A DNA stretch of 58,406 nt, filler included, from Dirinaria sp. TL-2023a (lineage: Eukaryota), in assembly GCA_051941275.1 (NCBI GenBank). It is 2 parts of 2 records of this genome, joined end to end, with 100 filler letters (N's around TTAATTAATTAA, not from the genome) between each part and the next. Parts side by side here need not be neighbours in the genome. Positions count along the whole stretch, not along the records: positions 1 to 29,172 come from JAVEBF010000117.1; positions 29,273 to 58,406 come from JAVEBF010000118.1. One strand, written 5' to 3'. Every line of letters starts with the position of its first letter. Within the stretch, counting starts at the first letter, position 1. The translations under genes were made by a program, and so were the position numbers. The notes below the pieces were generated by a model. The model did not search any database, had not been told where the DNA came from, and saw nothing but the letters and a program-made list of their open reading frames with translations. Shown one piece after another: positions 23,400 through 37,668 of the stretch.

Positions 23400-26120
23400 C
23401 TGTAAAACATGCCTTCGCGTCTGTATCTCTTCCGTCAAATCTCCGTTTATCGCTACACTCACCTTCTCCGTCCGTGTTATTTCAAGCTTTCGCTATAGAC
23501 ATCCTTCCGATTGAGCAATTCTGGTGGGAAGAAAAAGGACGATGGTTCGATGGTGCTTATGTGTCATTTCTTCACCATCGAGTAAGTAGATTCACCTGGC
23601 AAGGTCAATAGAATTCGTCACGGATAATCCAGTCTTTGTTATTCGCATTCTTGAACGAGGACGCCTTTTAGATCTTCTAATGTGCTGTCCTTTTCCAACA
23701 CAGTCGCCTCCAGATTCGACACTCTTTTCTCCTGATCGTTCATGCCGACCCCAAGGGGTTGCATGGATAGTGTATCCCTAGAATATAGGTAATGACAAGA
23801 GCAATTCTCCCAGCAGGGATAATTGCCTTCCATGCTCTTTTTATCCAAGTAAATCTCCAAACAATATCACCTTGATTAGTCCTGCCTTTATCCGTTAGCT
23901 TTGTTTCCAACGGAAAATCCTTCTCCTAAAACATCTGATCTTTGTTATCAGCCGATCTGAGGTTTGAATAAAGCCAAAGACAGCCAACGTCGATACTTGC
24001 TCACGGTGTGAAAGATGTTCGGAGCTTTTGAGCGGTTCTTTGTTAGCTTGATCTAGGATTGTTGTTTCTTCGATAATATAGCAAGAATTGAAAAGGAAGC
24101 GTCTAATAAGTTCCGATGGTATTGAAGTCCAAAGAAGCCTTTTAAAAAAAAAAGAAAAGAAAAGAAAGTGCTGGCGTATCTGCCCGCTTGCGAGAAGTAG
24201 AAAGTAGTGGGATTTCTCGCTTCGTTGCTATTGACTCTTGAAGACGTCATTGAAGCCTGTATCTCAGCCATGACTGTGGTAACGAACTGCGAACTAAATT
24301 TAGAAGAGTAGACAAACTCGACTGTCGCGATATGAATTGCAATCTGTTGGGAGTCATGGAACTTATGTAGGAAGATAAGCAACCAAGTCTCTGACTTGAT
24401 TTAATTTGGTTTTTTGGGTAGATCCAAAGCTCAGACTTGGTAAACCTATCAACATGTAACCAATCTCGAGGATTTGACAGGATTCTGTTAATAATCTCTG
24501 AAATCTTTGTGGGGAGGCGCGAAACGTGGGAAGGAACAACCTCGATCCTACTCAGATATTTACCGTAGTAGTGACTACTAGAGGTAGTAACGCACCAGTT
24601 CCTGATCTTGCTGTAGGGTCACATCATGAACTTAACTGCCTCATAATCATCAACAGCATATGATCATCCGTGAAGGAGCAAAAAGAGATCGATAGCAAGG
24701 TCAAGTAAAATTTTTTTCTCTGACCTAGCGAAGCACACGAAGTCGGGTAAGGGCTTTCGTACCAATACAGAATTCAGTCAATATTCTCGATGGGCTCTTT
24801 ATAATTCTTATTTTCCTAAATCTTCCGAAGCCCTGCGAGATCAGTGGTGTCAAGGATTCGGGCTAAGGGAACGAGTCGATTTCCAAGGCCGAGCCTAGAA
24901 AAAAAAAGTGAACATAATTACATGTTAGGTTTACGAATTGAAGTCAATTTTGTAGGTGCAATGAGTCCTTGCAGTTTTCACTATCGCGCAGACGGATCAC
25001 TGGCATGTGCATCAATATGCAAGCCTTGAGATTTTTCCTAGAACTTTTTGAAGCGATGCGCTTCTTTCCAGGAGAATTTTCGGTCGGGTTCTGTATTGTG
25101 GTGTCTAGCATGCTACAGCCACGTTAACGTTGAAAAGTCGTTACCCATTTGAGTTCTAACACTGATTGCTCAACGTTTGCTTAGGCAATTTTCCGTTTCT
25201 TTAAAGCTTCAGGTACCGGGCCTGCTTCTGTAATGGACTGATTAATTTTCGGCCTATCATCCTTACTTGTTGCGATGCCACGAGATTCGTGGAGTACCTC
25301 GTCAAATGAACATGATATAATATGGGGAGGCTGTTTGTTCAATGACTGATGCAATTTGCCAATATTAGGTGTGAGAGCACGGCAACTCTAGGCCGTTTTG
25401 ACACATTCGCATTCTTCCCTCGACGACGAGCTTGCTTGGTCAGCAAGGCCCTAGGGGATGTTGCAAATCCAAGGCGCGATGTCCTCTTAATTATACATGA
25501 GCTCTTGGTGGAGCTGAAAGCAAAGATCTGCAAGTCCTGAAGCGATCGATAGATTAGAGAATTCGCCAATGATCTGAAATGAATGCTGCACTCGAGATGG
25601 CAGAGAGTCAGGCTAACTGATCAGGCGTTTTACGAAGGTCAAGAGATAGCCCGGGCAAGGCGAAGTCGTATCAATCTTCCAGGATCACGGCTATGTGCAT
25701 AGGATTATTTAGCACACATCATCCAAAGAAAAGAGTTGAAAAACGTGTGAAAGCTCTCAAAAGTGGGCTTGAAATGACAGGCACTCAGGTATTACGATGC
25801 TGCTACAATTAGTTTCTTCAGATGGCTTGCCGAGTGCTTGGGCGGGTGGTGGTAAGTATCTAAGACCACGGTCTCAGAGGATTTTTCTCTCATTGCCTCC
25901 TCGGATCCAGATCGAAGATACAGCCCCTTGCTTAATTCAGTCCCCACACCCTCGCTAATGCCTCTCTGTTTAACCAGACCCCGGCATCGTCAGCAACATT
26001 GTCTTGAACGTCGTTCCTCTGCTTGGTATCCCCTAATCTCTGGCTCTTTAAGGTACTTGTAAAGGTATTCCATATATGTACCGCTCTTATAGAAGATAGA
26101 TTTATCATCGTAAACTTCAT
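23400..26120 (-). pseudogene. Possible decayed gene or TE relic; protein-like frames broken by stops, identity unknown
   Basis: Minus frame ~25690-25180 reads WKIDTTSPCPGYLLTFVKRLIS*PDSLPSRVQHSFQIIGEF..ELMYN*EDIAPWICNIP*GLAD..KTA*SCRAL..EALKKRKIA*, with isolated TAA/TAG stops. Further fragments at 24053-24382 and 23639-23860. Confidence 0.3.
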
Positions 26121-26785
26121 TTCAGCCCATACGAGGCCTTGTTCTTGCCCATCTTGCGCAGTGCATAGTCCTGAGCGTAGGACTGATATTTGTCGAGGTG
26201 ATGCTCACAACCTGCGCTGCGGCGAGGCCTATCAGCACCAAAGTATGAAATATGACATCAGGGATTTCATACCCCATATTGAATATTTGCGAAGGAGCCT
26301 TGCAAGGGTATGTAGTTTATTAAGAAAAGAGGAAGGAGTCTTCGGCTTATGGATATTTAACGCGGGGGGCTGAGCCTTAGACATGGTCTCTGGAAACCTC
26401 GCGCCACGGACCCCTGGGACGCTAGTGGTGGGGGAACAAGGCTGCGCCTGCCCCCAAGGCTGAAAGAGCTATTCGAGTTGCTCGAGGTCATGTCGACCTC
26501 AGCCGTGTCGCTATATCCCCTCGGTGCTCTTGACTTCGTTCAAGAACTTCCCTCAACTCTAATTGAGTTGTCACACTCGCCGCTCCAGCTTCAGCAACAC
26601 CTTCTCAAACTTCGCCATCCCTCAATCGACCATATTTGAAGCACGGTTCCCTATCGCGAGACAGGCAGCGGTGTTCTTCGTGTCTTCCTCTCATCCTCGT
26701 TTCAACTTCGAGTGTCGGGCGTCTACGTGAGCAGGAGGCTAACGAAGCCCCTGCCTTTGTTAGAAGCTCTGATTCAGCCGTAGCC

Positions 26786-28456
<1,671 letters not shown>

Positions 28457-29172
28457 GTGTTTCCCCCAGTGCCTTCCTTTTAGTTTGTTGCCTGCGTGTC
28501 AACGATACCAATTTCCATGACGTGCTGATGCTTATTGCTTACTGCTTCGCTAGACGGTCGCTCAAGGGATCAGGAGCGAACGAGGTAAACTGTCAACTCT
28601 GCCGAAAGCCAGTAATGTAGAAGTGCTAGATCATTAGGTTCGGAGCATACTTAATTATAAAAGGAATTCAGGGTATCAGATATTACCAGGCTGAGCTACT
28701 GCCAATCATCAAGCCTGGTCGTTTTCCAAAAATATATAAAAAAAAAAGAAAAAAACCAAAAATCCTTGCATCAAAGTCTCCACATCCATCGCATCCCAAG
28801 TCGCTCCATCCAGGGGTTCAACCGATGAAATCATAAACCAACTTTGCTCGCTCAACCTTATCCCCCTTCCTCACCACGACGAGGCGCACATGGCGCCTCT
28901 CCCCATTGATGTTCGCGAAACCCCAGATCTAAGAGCAGAAAAGTTCGTTCATTAATTAACCTTGCACACCTCTCCCCAAAAAAATGAAAAACAAAAGAAG
29001 GAGGGAAAAGAAGAAGAAACCATCCATCCACAGAACAGAACCCATCATCGAAGGGAAAGTGTAAAAGGCCCGGGATTCCAGAATAAAAAAGCGCACAACT
29101 CACCTGACAAGCAGTCCACCCATCATTCACGCTCCTGACCCAACTCTGCAAATACTGTGCCCCCTCATCCTC

Positions 29173-29272
29173 NNNNNNNNNNNNNNNNNNNNNNNNNNNN
29201 NNNNNNNNNNNNNNNNTTAATTAATTAANNNNNNNNNNNNNNNNNNNNNNNNNNNNNNNNNNNNNNNNNNNN
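29173..29272. other. Assembly gap / artificial contig spacer N44-TTAATTAATTAA-N44
   Basis: Exactly 100 nt; the central palindrome puts stops in all six frames. Confidence 0.97.
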
Positions 29273-29947
29273 CCACCTCCCTACGCACGCATCTCCAAAC
29301 GCACCCATCCCTCACACGCTTCCTCTACACGACGGGCACGCTGCTGACCTGGATACCTATCTTCTCGTTCCTGTACAACCACGTCGGACGGCCCATGACC
29401 GTGACGGGGCGCAGCATGTACCCGTTTTTGAATATGGATTACTATGATAGCGGTAGTAGTAAGGGGGGAAAGAAAGATCGGGTGTGGGTGGACCTGTCGG
29501 ATCCGGCGCGCGGGGTGAGGAAGGGGATGGTGGTTGTTTTTTGGTGAGTTTGAGTTGGACTTTCTTCATTGCATATTCTATCTATGTACATTGGGCAGGG
29601 GTGGTTTATACATTCCCAGGTCCCCCTCCCGACCCGAAACCATGGCCGTGAAACGCGTCATCGCCCTCGAAGGCGACACCGTGCAAACCAAGTCCCCCTA
29701 CCCCTTCACCTCGGAAACCGTGCCCCTGGGCCATGTCTGGGTCGAGGGCGAGCATCCGGAGCACAGCCGCTCGAGCATCGACAGCAACACGTACGGGCCC
29801 GTGCCTGTCTCGTTGCTCGTGGGCAAAGTCACGCGCGTGTACTGGCCTTGGTCGAAGGCGGGCGCGGTACGGTGGCAGGATTGGAAGGGGACGGCGAGGG
29901 TACGGGAGGGCAGGGTGGAGGAGAAGCCGGAAATATATGTATTGTGA
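29273..29947 (+). CDS. IMP2: Mitochondrial inner membrane peptidase subunit (peptidase S26, Imp2-like); 5' end lost in the gap
   Basis: TWIPIFSFL..VTGRSMYPFLN (catalytic Ser); GMVVVFW|SPSRPETMAVKRVIALEGD (Lys); VPLGHVWVEG; DSNTYGPVP. Intron GTGAGT..CCCAG at ~29544-29619. Confidence 0.85.
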
Positions 29948-30163
29948 ATTTTTATGTATGTATATGACAGGCTGCTGCTGCCCCCTCCAACTGTGTGTGT
30001 GCCTTGCTATGTTATGCTACCGGCTTCTTATGTACAATTCCGGATTTTGAAATCGTCAACAAGGAAGATATCAATTTGATTGCCCCCTTGGACTCTTTCC
30101 ACTCCAGCACAACCTAGCGCCATCGCTAACTCATAACACACAAAAAAGAAGTACAAGAGGAGT

Positions 30164-33100
30164 TCAGTTTTTGGAAATAACCCTGATATCCTCGCCCTGC
30201 TGAAGCCGCTCAATCTCCATCCCGATACTCAGGACCCAATGATCTCTTTCGGCTCGGCTCCTTGTTTTAAACACAATCGACCGCCCAGGCACTCCCAATT
30301 GCGACACATATCTGAAGCGCTGCCTCGTTTTGCCCTCGCCTTGATCTTCTTTGGCCTTGAAAAACGATCTCTTCCTAGCTTGCCAAATGACGAAACAGGT
30401 CATGGTATCCTCGTCGGTCGAGGTCCATCCGTCTTCGAGGTACACTCGAGGCAGCGCGTGATGACCAGGGCGGTTGCTGTCGAAAGTCTGGTTTTGGTAA
30501 AGGAGATCGCCTTCGGTGATCAATCCAGAATAGATATAGCAGTCTTTGAGATCGATGGCGTTCTCTCGCTCATGCTGGATGTGGGGCATCTCTTTGCCGG
30601 TTCTTTCACGCAAAGTGCCGCGATAAATAAGGAGTTGGCCATGACACAGGATGACGCCAACGCGAAGAAAAGTCGTATGCCGCCTTGGTTTGTGGTACAG
30701 TGTTCCGGCCAGGGTGATTGCACGACAGCAAGAGATGCCGCACATGTTAAAGAGCTGCGGTGATGCGATGGACCTTGTAACCTCCCACTTGCGTCCAAAT
30801 TGTCCAAGGTAAGCTTCCGACTCTTCATCAATATCGAGACTTTTGAGATTGGCTTGACGGATTTGCTTGAAGAGATCCACGTCGCCGGCCAGCCGGAGCT
30901 TCCAGTAAGTGATAAGCTTTTCAAGACGTGACATCCATTCCTTCTTCGTCTGCTCGTTGAAGGCTTGTAACCTGATTATGAGGCCGTTCTTGAGCACCAT
31001 CTCGAATGTACGATCGTCCTCAAACTGATCAGTCTTTCCATCGTCTCGACGTGTATCTGGAACGTCTTCGTGAAAGTTGACATCGGGCCCCTCATCCACA
31101 TTTTCATCTGCAGGCGTCGCACCCCGCTGCACATTTCGAACTTTGGTCACATGGCTGAGATTAACGTACCCCTCGGCCCTGAGCATCGTGTTTACGTTAC
31201 GCTCAGCTTCTTTATACGCTTCGTCATCTCGTCTTGCCCTAGCCGCGGAATTGATGCTGCTCATCCATTCTACCTGACCATTCTTGACCGGATAAGGGTT
31301 TACGGCGTAGATGAGTGGAGTCTTGTCCACTATCTGACTTGGGCTAGGAATTTTCTTATCCTCATTTAATTTCAATGTAGGAGGAGGCGGCGGCAATGCT
31401 TTTGCGGGCCTGCAGTAGCACAAATACTGATTATGTGTTCCGAAGTAGAGGCGCTTGAAGAACATCTTTCCGAGTCTCTGCGTCCGTCCTCTCTGCGACG
31501 TTAAGCGAATCAAAAAGCCTTCGACAGGAGCAGGCTCTTCCAATGATTCGGCGCCATTCTTGGCAGCTGTCGGATAGTGTTGTTTAGGTCGGAGCTCCAG
31601 TTCGTGAGATTTGTGCATGGCCATTGTGCCGTACATTTTCTGCTCATTCGCGCCGTGTACCCACTCTAGTCGATCGTACCTTTTCCAAGCCAGCCCCATT
31701 TTCTCATGTTTGAGCCATATCCTTAGAATGTCAGACCACTCAGGAGACTTCTCCAGCATCTGAATACACTGGCTAACGATTTCACCGGCGATAGCCCTTT
31801 CGGCTTGCATCGTCCTAGCAATGGCTTCTTCGTTACCTTTCGCCGCTTCGACGGCGTCAGAAGAAGACTCCAAATGGCCAAATGGATTATCCAATTTCAG
31901 ACTCACACTGAGATCTGGGACATTGACCTGTAGGGTCGTGGTACGCCTTCGACCAAGTACACCGCGTATAAAAGTGTACCATTCGACTGCGCTGGCTGAT
32001 GACCGCGTTCGCAAGATGTAAACAGCGCTACCTCGCTTCCAAGGAAGCCAGAGAACCAATGTCTTATCAAGCGATGAATACATATTGATTCGAGTTGCCC
32101 TTTTCTTCAATGGAATCTCATGTGCCAATCCCTTTTGGACATATGTTTCCTCTACTGCCGGAATGACCCTCGTCTTGTACATCTGGATTGTGTACTCGGT
32201 ATCCTCGCTCGTACTTTCTCGGCATACGACGACATACTCTCGCCACTTCTCGATAGTCCGAGCTTCTACCTTTAAGCTATCATTCTCATCGTAGTCTGCA
32301 TCAAGCTCCTGCATGGTTGAGTCCATGCGCACAAGCATCTTCTCCATCTTTACTATTTGGCCGGGGCGACTCTGGCCATGTCGACGTCTCCAACTGCGAT
32401 GACGGTGTATATGAGTAAGCTTAGCCTGCGTTTCTGTGTCTTCATGACGAACATCGTCGGGAATGTTGAACCGTATCAGACCAGGAGTAGCTACCTTGGA
32501 AGGTTCTGGTAGATCACCAGCTGCATGTGAATTTTCTATACGATCTGGAGCTGTATCAACACTTTCAATGCGTGTACCAAGGGGATTTGGCTGCGCTTGA
32601 AAGGAGTGTGGTGAGGGGGTATCGGCTGCAGGAGGTTGACCGTGCTGCAAAAGTGAAGCTGTGGAGCTTGCAGCATCATGGTCGGTTCGTGGTGAGGCTC
32701 TCTGTTGATCGTAAGCGGTTTTACTGTCCTGAGGTGGAGAAGCCTGCTCTACTGCGCGAGAATGAGCTTTCGATGCTGCTTTAGGCGACTCGTACGCGGT
32801 CACGAAAGAGGAAGGAAAAGGACTCTGGGTGGTATCCACCGAAGCGAACCGTTCATGGCGCTTTCGGCGTGATTGTGTCGGAGCAGTGATGTATGATCGA
32901 CCATTGGGGCTTCGCTCGCAGTTCTTAGTATCATACTTCCCTTTTAAGGGCGACTGAGGCTTCGGGCTTCGACTGCGATTGGGCGAAGCTTCTAACTGCC
33001 TCGGCTCTTGTGCCTCTTGGTGACTGGTCTCGACAGCGTCTTCGCCCTCATCACTGTTTTCCGTTCTTCCTTCTTCTTCGCTTTCCGCGTCTTCATCATT

Positions 33101-33486
33101 CGAAGCATCATCGGGCTGCGGAAAGCTATGGTGAAGTGCAGCCGAAGCAGAAGGGCCGTCCAAGCCAGTAATTTGCCGCTGATGCGAGTAGTCCGAGCTT
33201 GCTGAGAATGTTGCTGCTCGAGAGGAGTAGTTGGAAAGGTTCAAGTAGTCACCATACCACGACTTGCGGTGGCTCTTCAACCAACCCTCGGGAACAGGTC
33301 CAATAAAGCAGCGGCGAGTGGTGAGGTGAAGGTGCTGAGCTGTGGCATGTTGCTGCAGCAAGGGTCAGTAGCGGTACTTCTCGAAGCTTTGGGCTAGATA
33401 TATACCAGTCTCCGAGCTGTGTAGGGACCAGGAGGCACATCATGGATCGATGTAGCCTCTGGCTCGCCACTCGTGCCAGCGCTCAT
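30164..33486 (-). CDS. SPO71: PH-domain sporulation/meiosis protein, Spo71/Mug56-like; 2 exons
   Basis: MSAGTSG..PYTARRL | intron | QHATAQHLHLTTRRCFIGPVPEGWL; KMEKMLVR; YSSLDK; WKRYDRLEW; ELRPKQHYPT; C-terminal PH domain with RSRAERDHWVLSIGMEIERL. Confidence 0.85.
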
Positions 33487-33764
33487 CTGCTAAAGTCGGT
33501 TTGGTTTAGGCTTTGCAATGGCAGACGGCGCAGAATGTCTAGCATCATCTGTGTCCCCTGAGATGTTGACGACAAGATAGAAAGAATATAGATATAAATA
33601 AAAGGTAGGGGGGATCAAGAAGCGAACAGAGGTATGTACAGGCTATCTTAGATAAGTGGAAGTTCCAGGCCTCAGTCATAAGTGAATAATAAGGTAATGG
33701 AGATCGGAAGCCTGCAGGCTGCTCGGCAAGCTGACGTTCTAGGCGTCATGATCAGCACTGAGCT

Positions 33765-33905
33765 ACCTTATAACCTTAGGTACATGTACCCTCTTACCTT
33801 AGGGGCGGGAAGCCCAATCGAGCCAAGTGCCCTCGGTGGGGCTTAGGTGGAAGGTACCTTACAAGAGTACAGTAGGTATGTACCTTAAGGTACCTTAGGT
33901 ATGTA
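33765..33905. repeat. Cluster of TACCTTA/TAAGGTA units and perfect palindromes in the SPO71/HET-C2 divergent promoter
   Basis: GGTACATGTACC 33779-33790, AAGGTACCTT 33851-33860, GTACCTTAAGGTAC 33880-33893, TAAGGTACCTTA 33886-33897. Confidence 0.8.
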
Positions 33906-34006
33906 AATACTACTCTTGCTCATACTCGAATCTACGGTCCAGCAGCGCTTTTAAATTATTTACACAACTCTGCTCCTGTCAGCATTTGGCCAAATTACGC
34001 CAAAAT

Positions 34007-34804
34007 ATGGACACCAGAACGCCCGCGTATCCGCCTGGAGGGACCTGGTTTGATACGCTGAAGAAGAGCTTCATCAATGTCCCAATAGACGCGACTAACA
34101 ACAATGCCATCCCTACGTCGGACTTTCTCGAAGCTGCAGAGTCCCTATCTACCCTGTTTGGTACTTGATCAATTTTTAAGTTCCAATCAAGTGAGAATGG
34201 GGAATATGCTCATCAATAGCAGATGTCCTCGGCTCCGTGGCTTTCACACCGGTCAAGTCTGACATGCTGGGCAACATCAAAGTCGGCTCAATTGGTATCC
34301 CTCAACCTTATTAGCAAGCTGACGGGTGGTAAAGAAAGTACGTGACCGGCAACTGGCCGCACCTGTTGATTCGGAGTCGCTGCAAATGTTAGTGGTCAAT
34401 GAATTGAAGACCAAGAAGCACACGGCGGCAGAAGGGTTGTTGTGGCTAGTCCGGTTGGTAGACAGCTTTAGAAGCCTTCATTGCCGCTTTGCTGACCAGG
34501 CTCATACAGCGGGCTCGATTTTACCGCCCAGGCGCTCCGACACAATACCTCCAATGCGTCGTCTGAGCTGTCCGAGTCATTCAGAGCCGCGTACACAAAC
34601 ACCCTTAAACCTCACCACTCTTTCCTCGTCAAACCTATATTCAGTGCTGCTATGTCAGCAACACCATACAAGAAAGACTTCTACGCGAAGCTGGCAGAGG
34701 ACCCCGCAAAAGGTCAAGAGGCGATGAACTCGTGGCTGCATGCTTTGGAAAGACAGGTGACGATACTGAAACAATTTCAGGCTACGAAAGAGGCCAAGTG
34801 GTGA
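34007..34804 (+). CDS. het-c2: Glycolipid transfer protein HET-C2 (GLTP fold); 4 exons
   Basis: TWFDTLKKSF..FLEAAESLSTLF|DVLGSVAFTPVKSDMLGNIK|KVR..AAEGLLWLVR|GLDF..AYTNTLKPHHSFLVKPIFSAAMSATPY..EAKW*. Confidence 0.93.
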
Positions 34805-35922
34805 GGATGATACAGCTGCTTATCTCAAAGCTTGGTGAACATCTACACGACGCAAAAAATATACACGGAGACACTTTGAGCAATATCCTGAGCATGCATG
34901 AACAGAATCCGTGTGATGAGTACCAGCTTTCTCTTCTTGAGCCTGTCACGGGGTTTATCCTTGTGGGTAGCACTGATCCTATCGTCCATCGTCCATATAT
35001 TGTTCAGTTCGTTCAGGTCATAAATAAAATTTGATTTCTTGTTTTTTGTTTTTGTTTTTGTTCTCCGCCCCCCTCCCTCCAGATCAGAAATGAGCAAAGG
35101 CCCGGCTATCGTAAGCATGTCTATCATTCAGATCTCCAACATTAACTCAGGCTTAAGATGTTCTCCTTTCTTGCTGGGTGCAGTGAGGCTGCGAAGGTCT
35201 TTAGAGCACGATTTTTGGATCATGGGATGATTGAGTAGTCCGAATGAGTTGTCAAGTATCCAAAGCTTAATGTACCTCCCAATAGGTCTTCAAAAAGAGT
35301 GAAACGAAATGACTTGAAATAGTACAAAAGCAACACTAATGCGGAGACAATAATTTCAAAGTACCTAGTCGCATCTTTCTTTGACGGCGGCTTCATTGAA
35401 GAATGCGTACTGAACCATTATGCATGGCTTCAATGACCGCGCAATCCATTGTATGACTAGTTGGATGATGGTCGAAACTGCTCGCACAGCCCAACAGCAT
35501 CTACTCCCGTGGTCCAAAGAAGATCTGGCGCTTTGCCATGACCTTCAAGGGAGTTTGAAAATGCACCATGTACACGTAGTCTGTGTATAAGTTAAGAGTA
35601 TTTGCGTTGTCAATAAGAAGAGGGTTTTTCAACCTGGAGAACTATTCCATGTCGTCCATTCGAAATCTGTAAGGGTTGTTGGCAACGCTCATCTGTGTTG
35701 AATCTATGAGAGGTATGTACTATTACCACCGGAGACTACGAATCCAATGCCTGGGACTATAGGATGACAAGTTGAAGTCCACCCCTCGACCTCTTGCGGA
35801 AGAATTATCTAGGGTCATCCTAGGGCTAGGACGCCTGAAATTAAAATCGAAAGTCTGGTACCTGCGAAGACTGAGACATTTTCCATCCTCACATATGGCT
35901 GCTTCATGTACTCCGATCGACG

Positions 35923-37668
35923 ATGCGGCGTGTCAAGATCTTTTCAGGGTCATCTCACCCAGTTCTCGTCGAAGCCATTTGCGAGCGATTAGGTACATCC
36001 CCTGCCAACTGCAAGCTTACAAAGTTTAGCAATGGGGAGACCTCCGTGAGCATCGACACCTCAATCAGGAATCAAGATGTCTTTATTGTCCAGAGCGGCA
36101 GCAGCAAAATCAATGACTCTGTCATGGAACTCTTGATCATGATCTCTGCCTGTAAGGGTGGCTCTGCAAAGTCTATCACTGGTGCGTCCTTCGCGACAAA
36201 GCTTGATGGCTTTGACTGACCGGGCTAGCTGTAATGCCGTATGCTTCCTCCCCTTCCATAATGACTCAAAGCTAAGAGTGTAAGCTACTTCCCATATTCG
36301 CGGCAATCGAAGAAAAAGAGCCACAGGGGAGCCATCACGGCACGTATGTTGGCAAACCTGCTCTCCGTTGCAGGTGTCGACCATGTCATCACTGTGGATC
36401 TACATGTGCGTACATCAAGGAGTGATTGGGGCTCGGTCTCACTAATATAGGCACCACCTACGCAAGGCTTTTTTGGACAGCCAGTCGACAACCTTCATGC
36501 CGAGCCACTCATCGCCCGATGGATCCGGGCACATGTAACAGGATGGAAAGCCGCGGTGGTCGTGAGCAAGAACCCGGGAGGAACAAAACGCGTCACTTCG
36601 CTCGCCGATGCACTGAAGCTGAACTTTGGCATGGTTACGACTGACAGGCGAAGGACAAACGGAAATGCCATGCTTGAAAACAGTGGCTTTTTAGGAGGGT
36701 TCACAGATGGGGCATTCGACTCGGACCACGTTGACCCTGCAGAGCGAGCAGCAGAATCACAAGCAGATCCTATCAACAGCGTCGAAGATGCCTCTCCACA
36801 GCAAAGTCAGTCTCGTCTACAGGTTCAAATGAACCGTCCCCCATCCCCAACCTTATCTCACCCTCATCAAACAAGCACGGTGCACACCCCAAGTCGTCTT
36901 GTTCAGTCTATACGTGTTGACTCAGCATCGCCACCACGATCTCACCCACGAAATTCAGACACAGCCACAATTGCTTCTCCGAGCGGTCTTGGCCTCTCAG
37001 GTTCGGTTTTGGAAGAATACACTGACGAGCGTGCCCGTGAAGTCATCACAGGCCGCTTGATCCAGGGGCATATAGTCGATGATGACTTCCCGTCACCTAT
37101 CCTCTCTACCATGTCTAATTCGCTTGCAACACTCCCAGAAAACGTGCTCGGCCCGGCTCCTCTCGAATCATCAGGGCAGGATCCGATGGCGTCGTCGATA
37201 ATCTCGAACCTCTCTACTTTCCCCTCTGATCATGCGCTCGGTGGGACCGTCGATGCGAAGGCAGAAGACGACGACGACGAAGAAGGTCTAAAGAACCCAG
37301 AGCTCGAACATACAATTACTCTCGTTGGAAATGTCAAGGACCGCGTTGTACTGATTATAGACGATATGATTGACCAATGCGGATCTTGGATTGCGGCAGC
37401 TGAGACAGTAATCAAACGCGGATCCGCAAAGAAGGTGTACTGCATCGCTACTCATGGACTATTTGGCGACGACTCGCTGGAAAAGATGGAGGAGTGTGAG
37501 TGCATTGACTTCATCGTCGTCACTAACTCTTATCCGATTGAGCCCAGCCGCGTAAGAATGAGTAAAAAATTGGTCGTGCTAGATATTTCAAATCTGCTCA
37601 GTGAAGCCATCAGAAGGAATCACTACGGTGAGAGCATTAGTGCGCTTTTCCAGCACTATCAGGATTGA
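35923..37668 (+). CDS. PRS1: Ribose-phosphate pyrophosphokinase, Prs1-type with long non-homologous insertion; 4 exons including a 10-nt microexon (36229-36238)
   Basis: [52 protein letters not shown]-binding motif; [19 protein letters not shown]. Confidence 0.93.

Noticed and set aside
34007..34804. HET-C2 as part of an NLR/HET allorecognition locus
   Set aside because: No NACHT/WD40 or HET-domain partner is in the window; GLTP is a conserved lipid-transfer gene.
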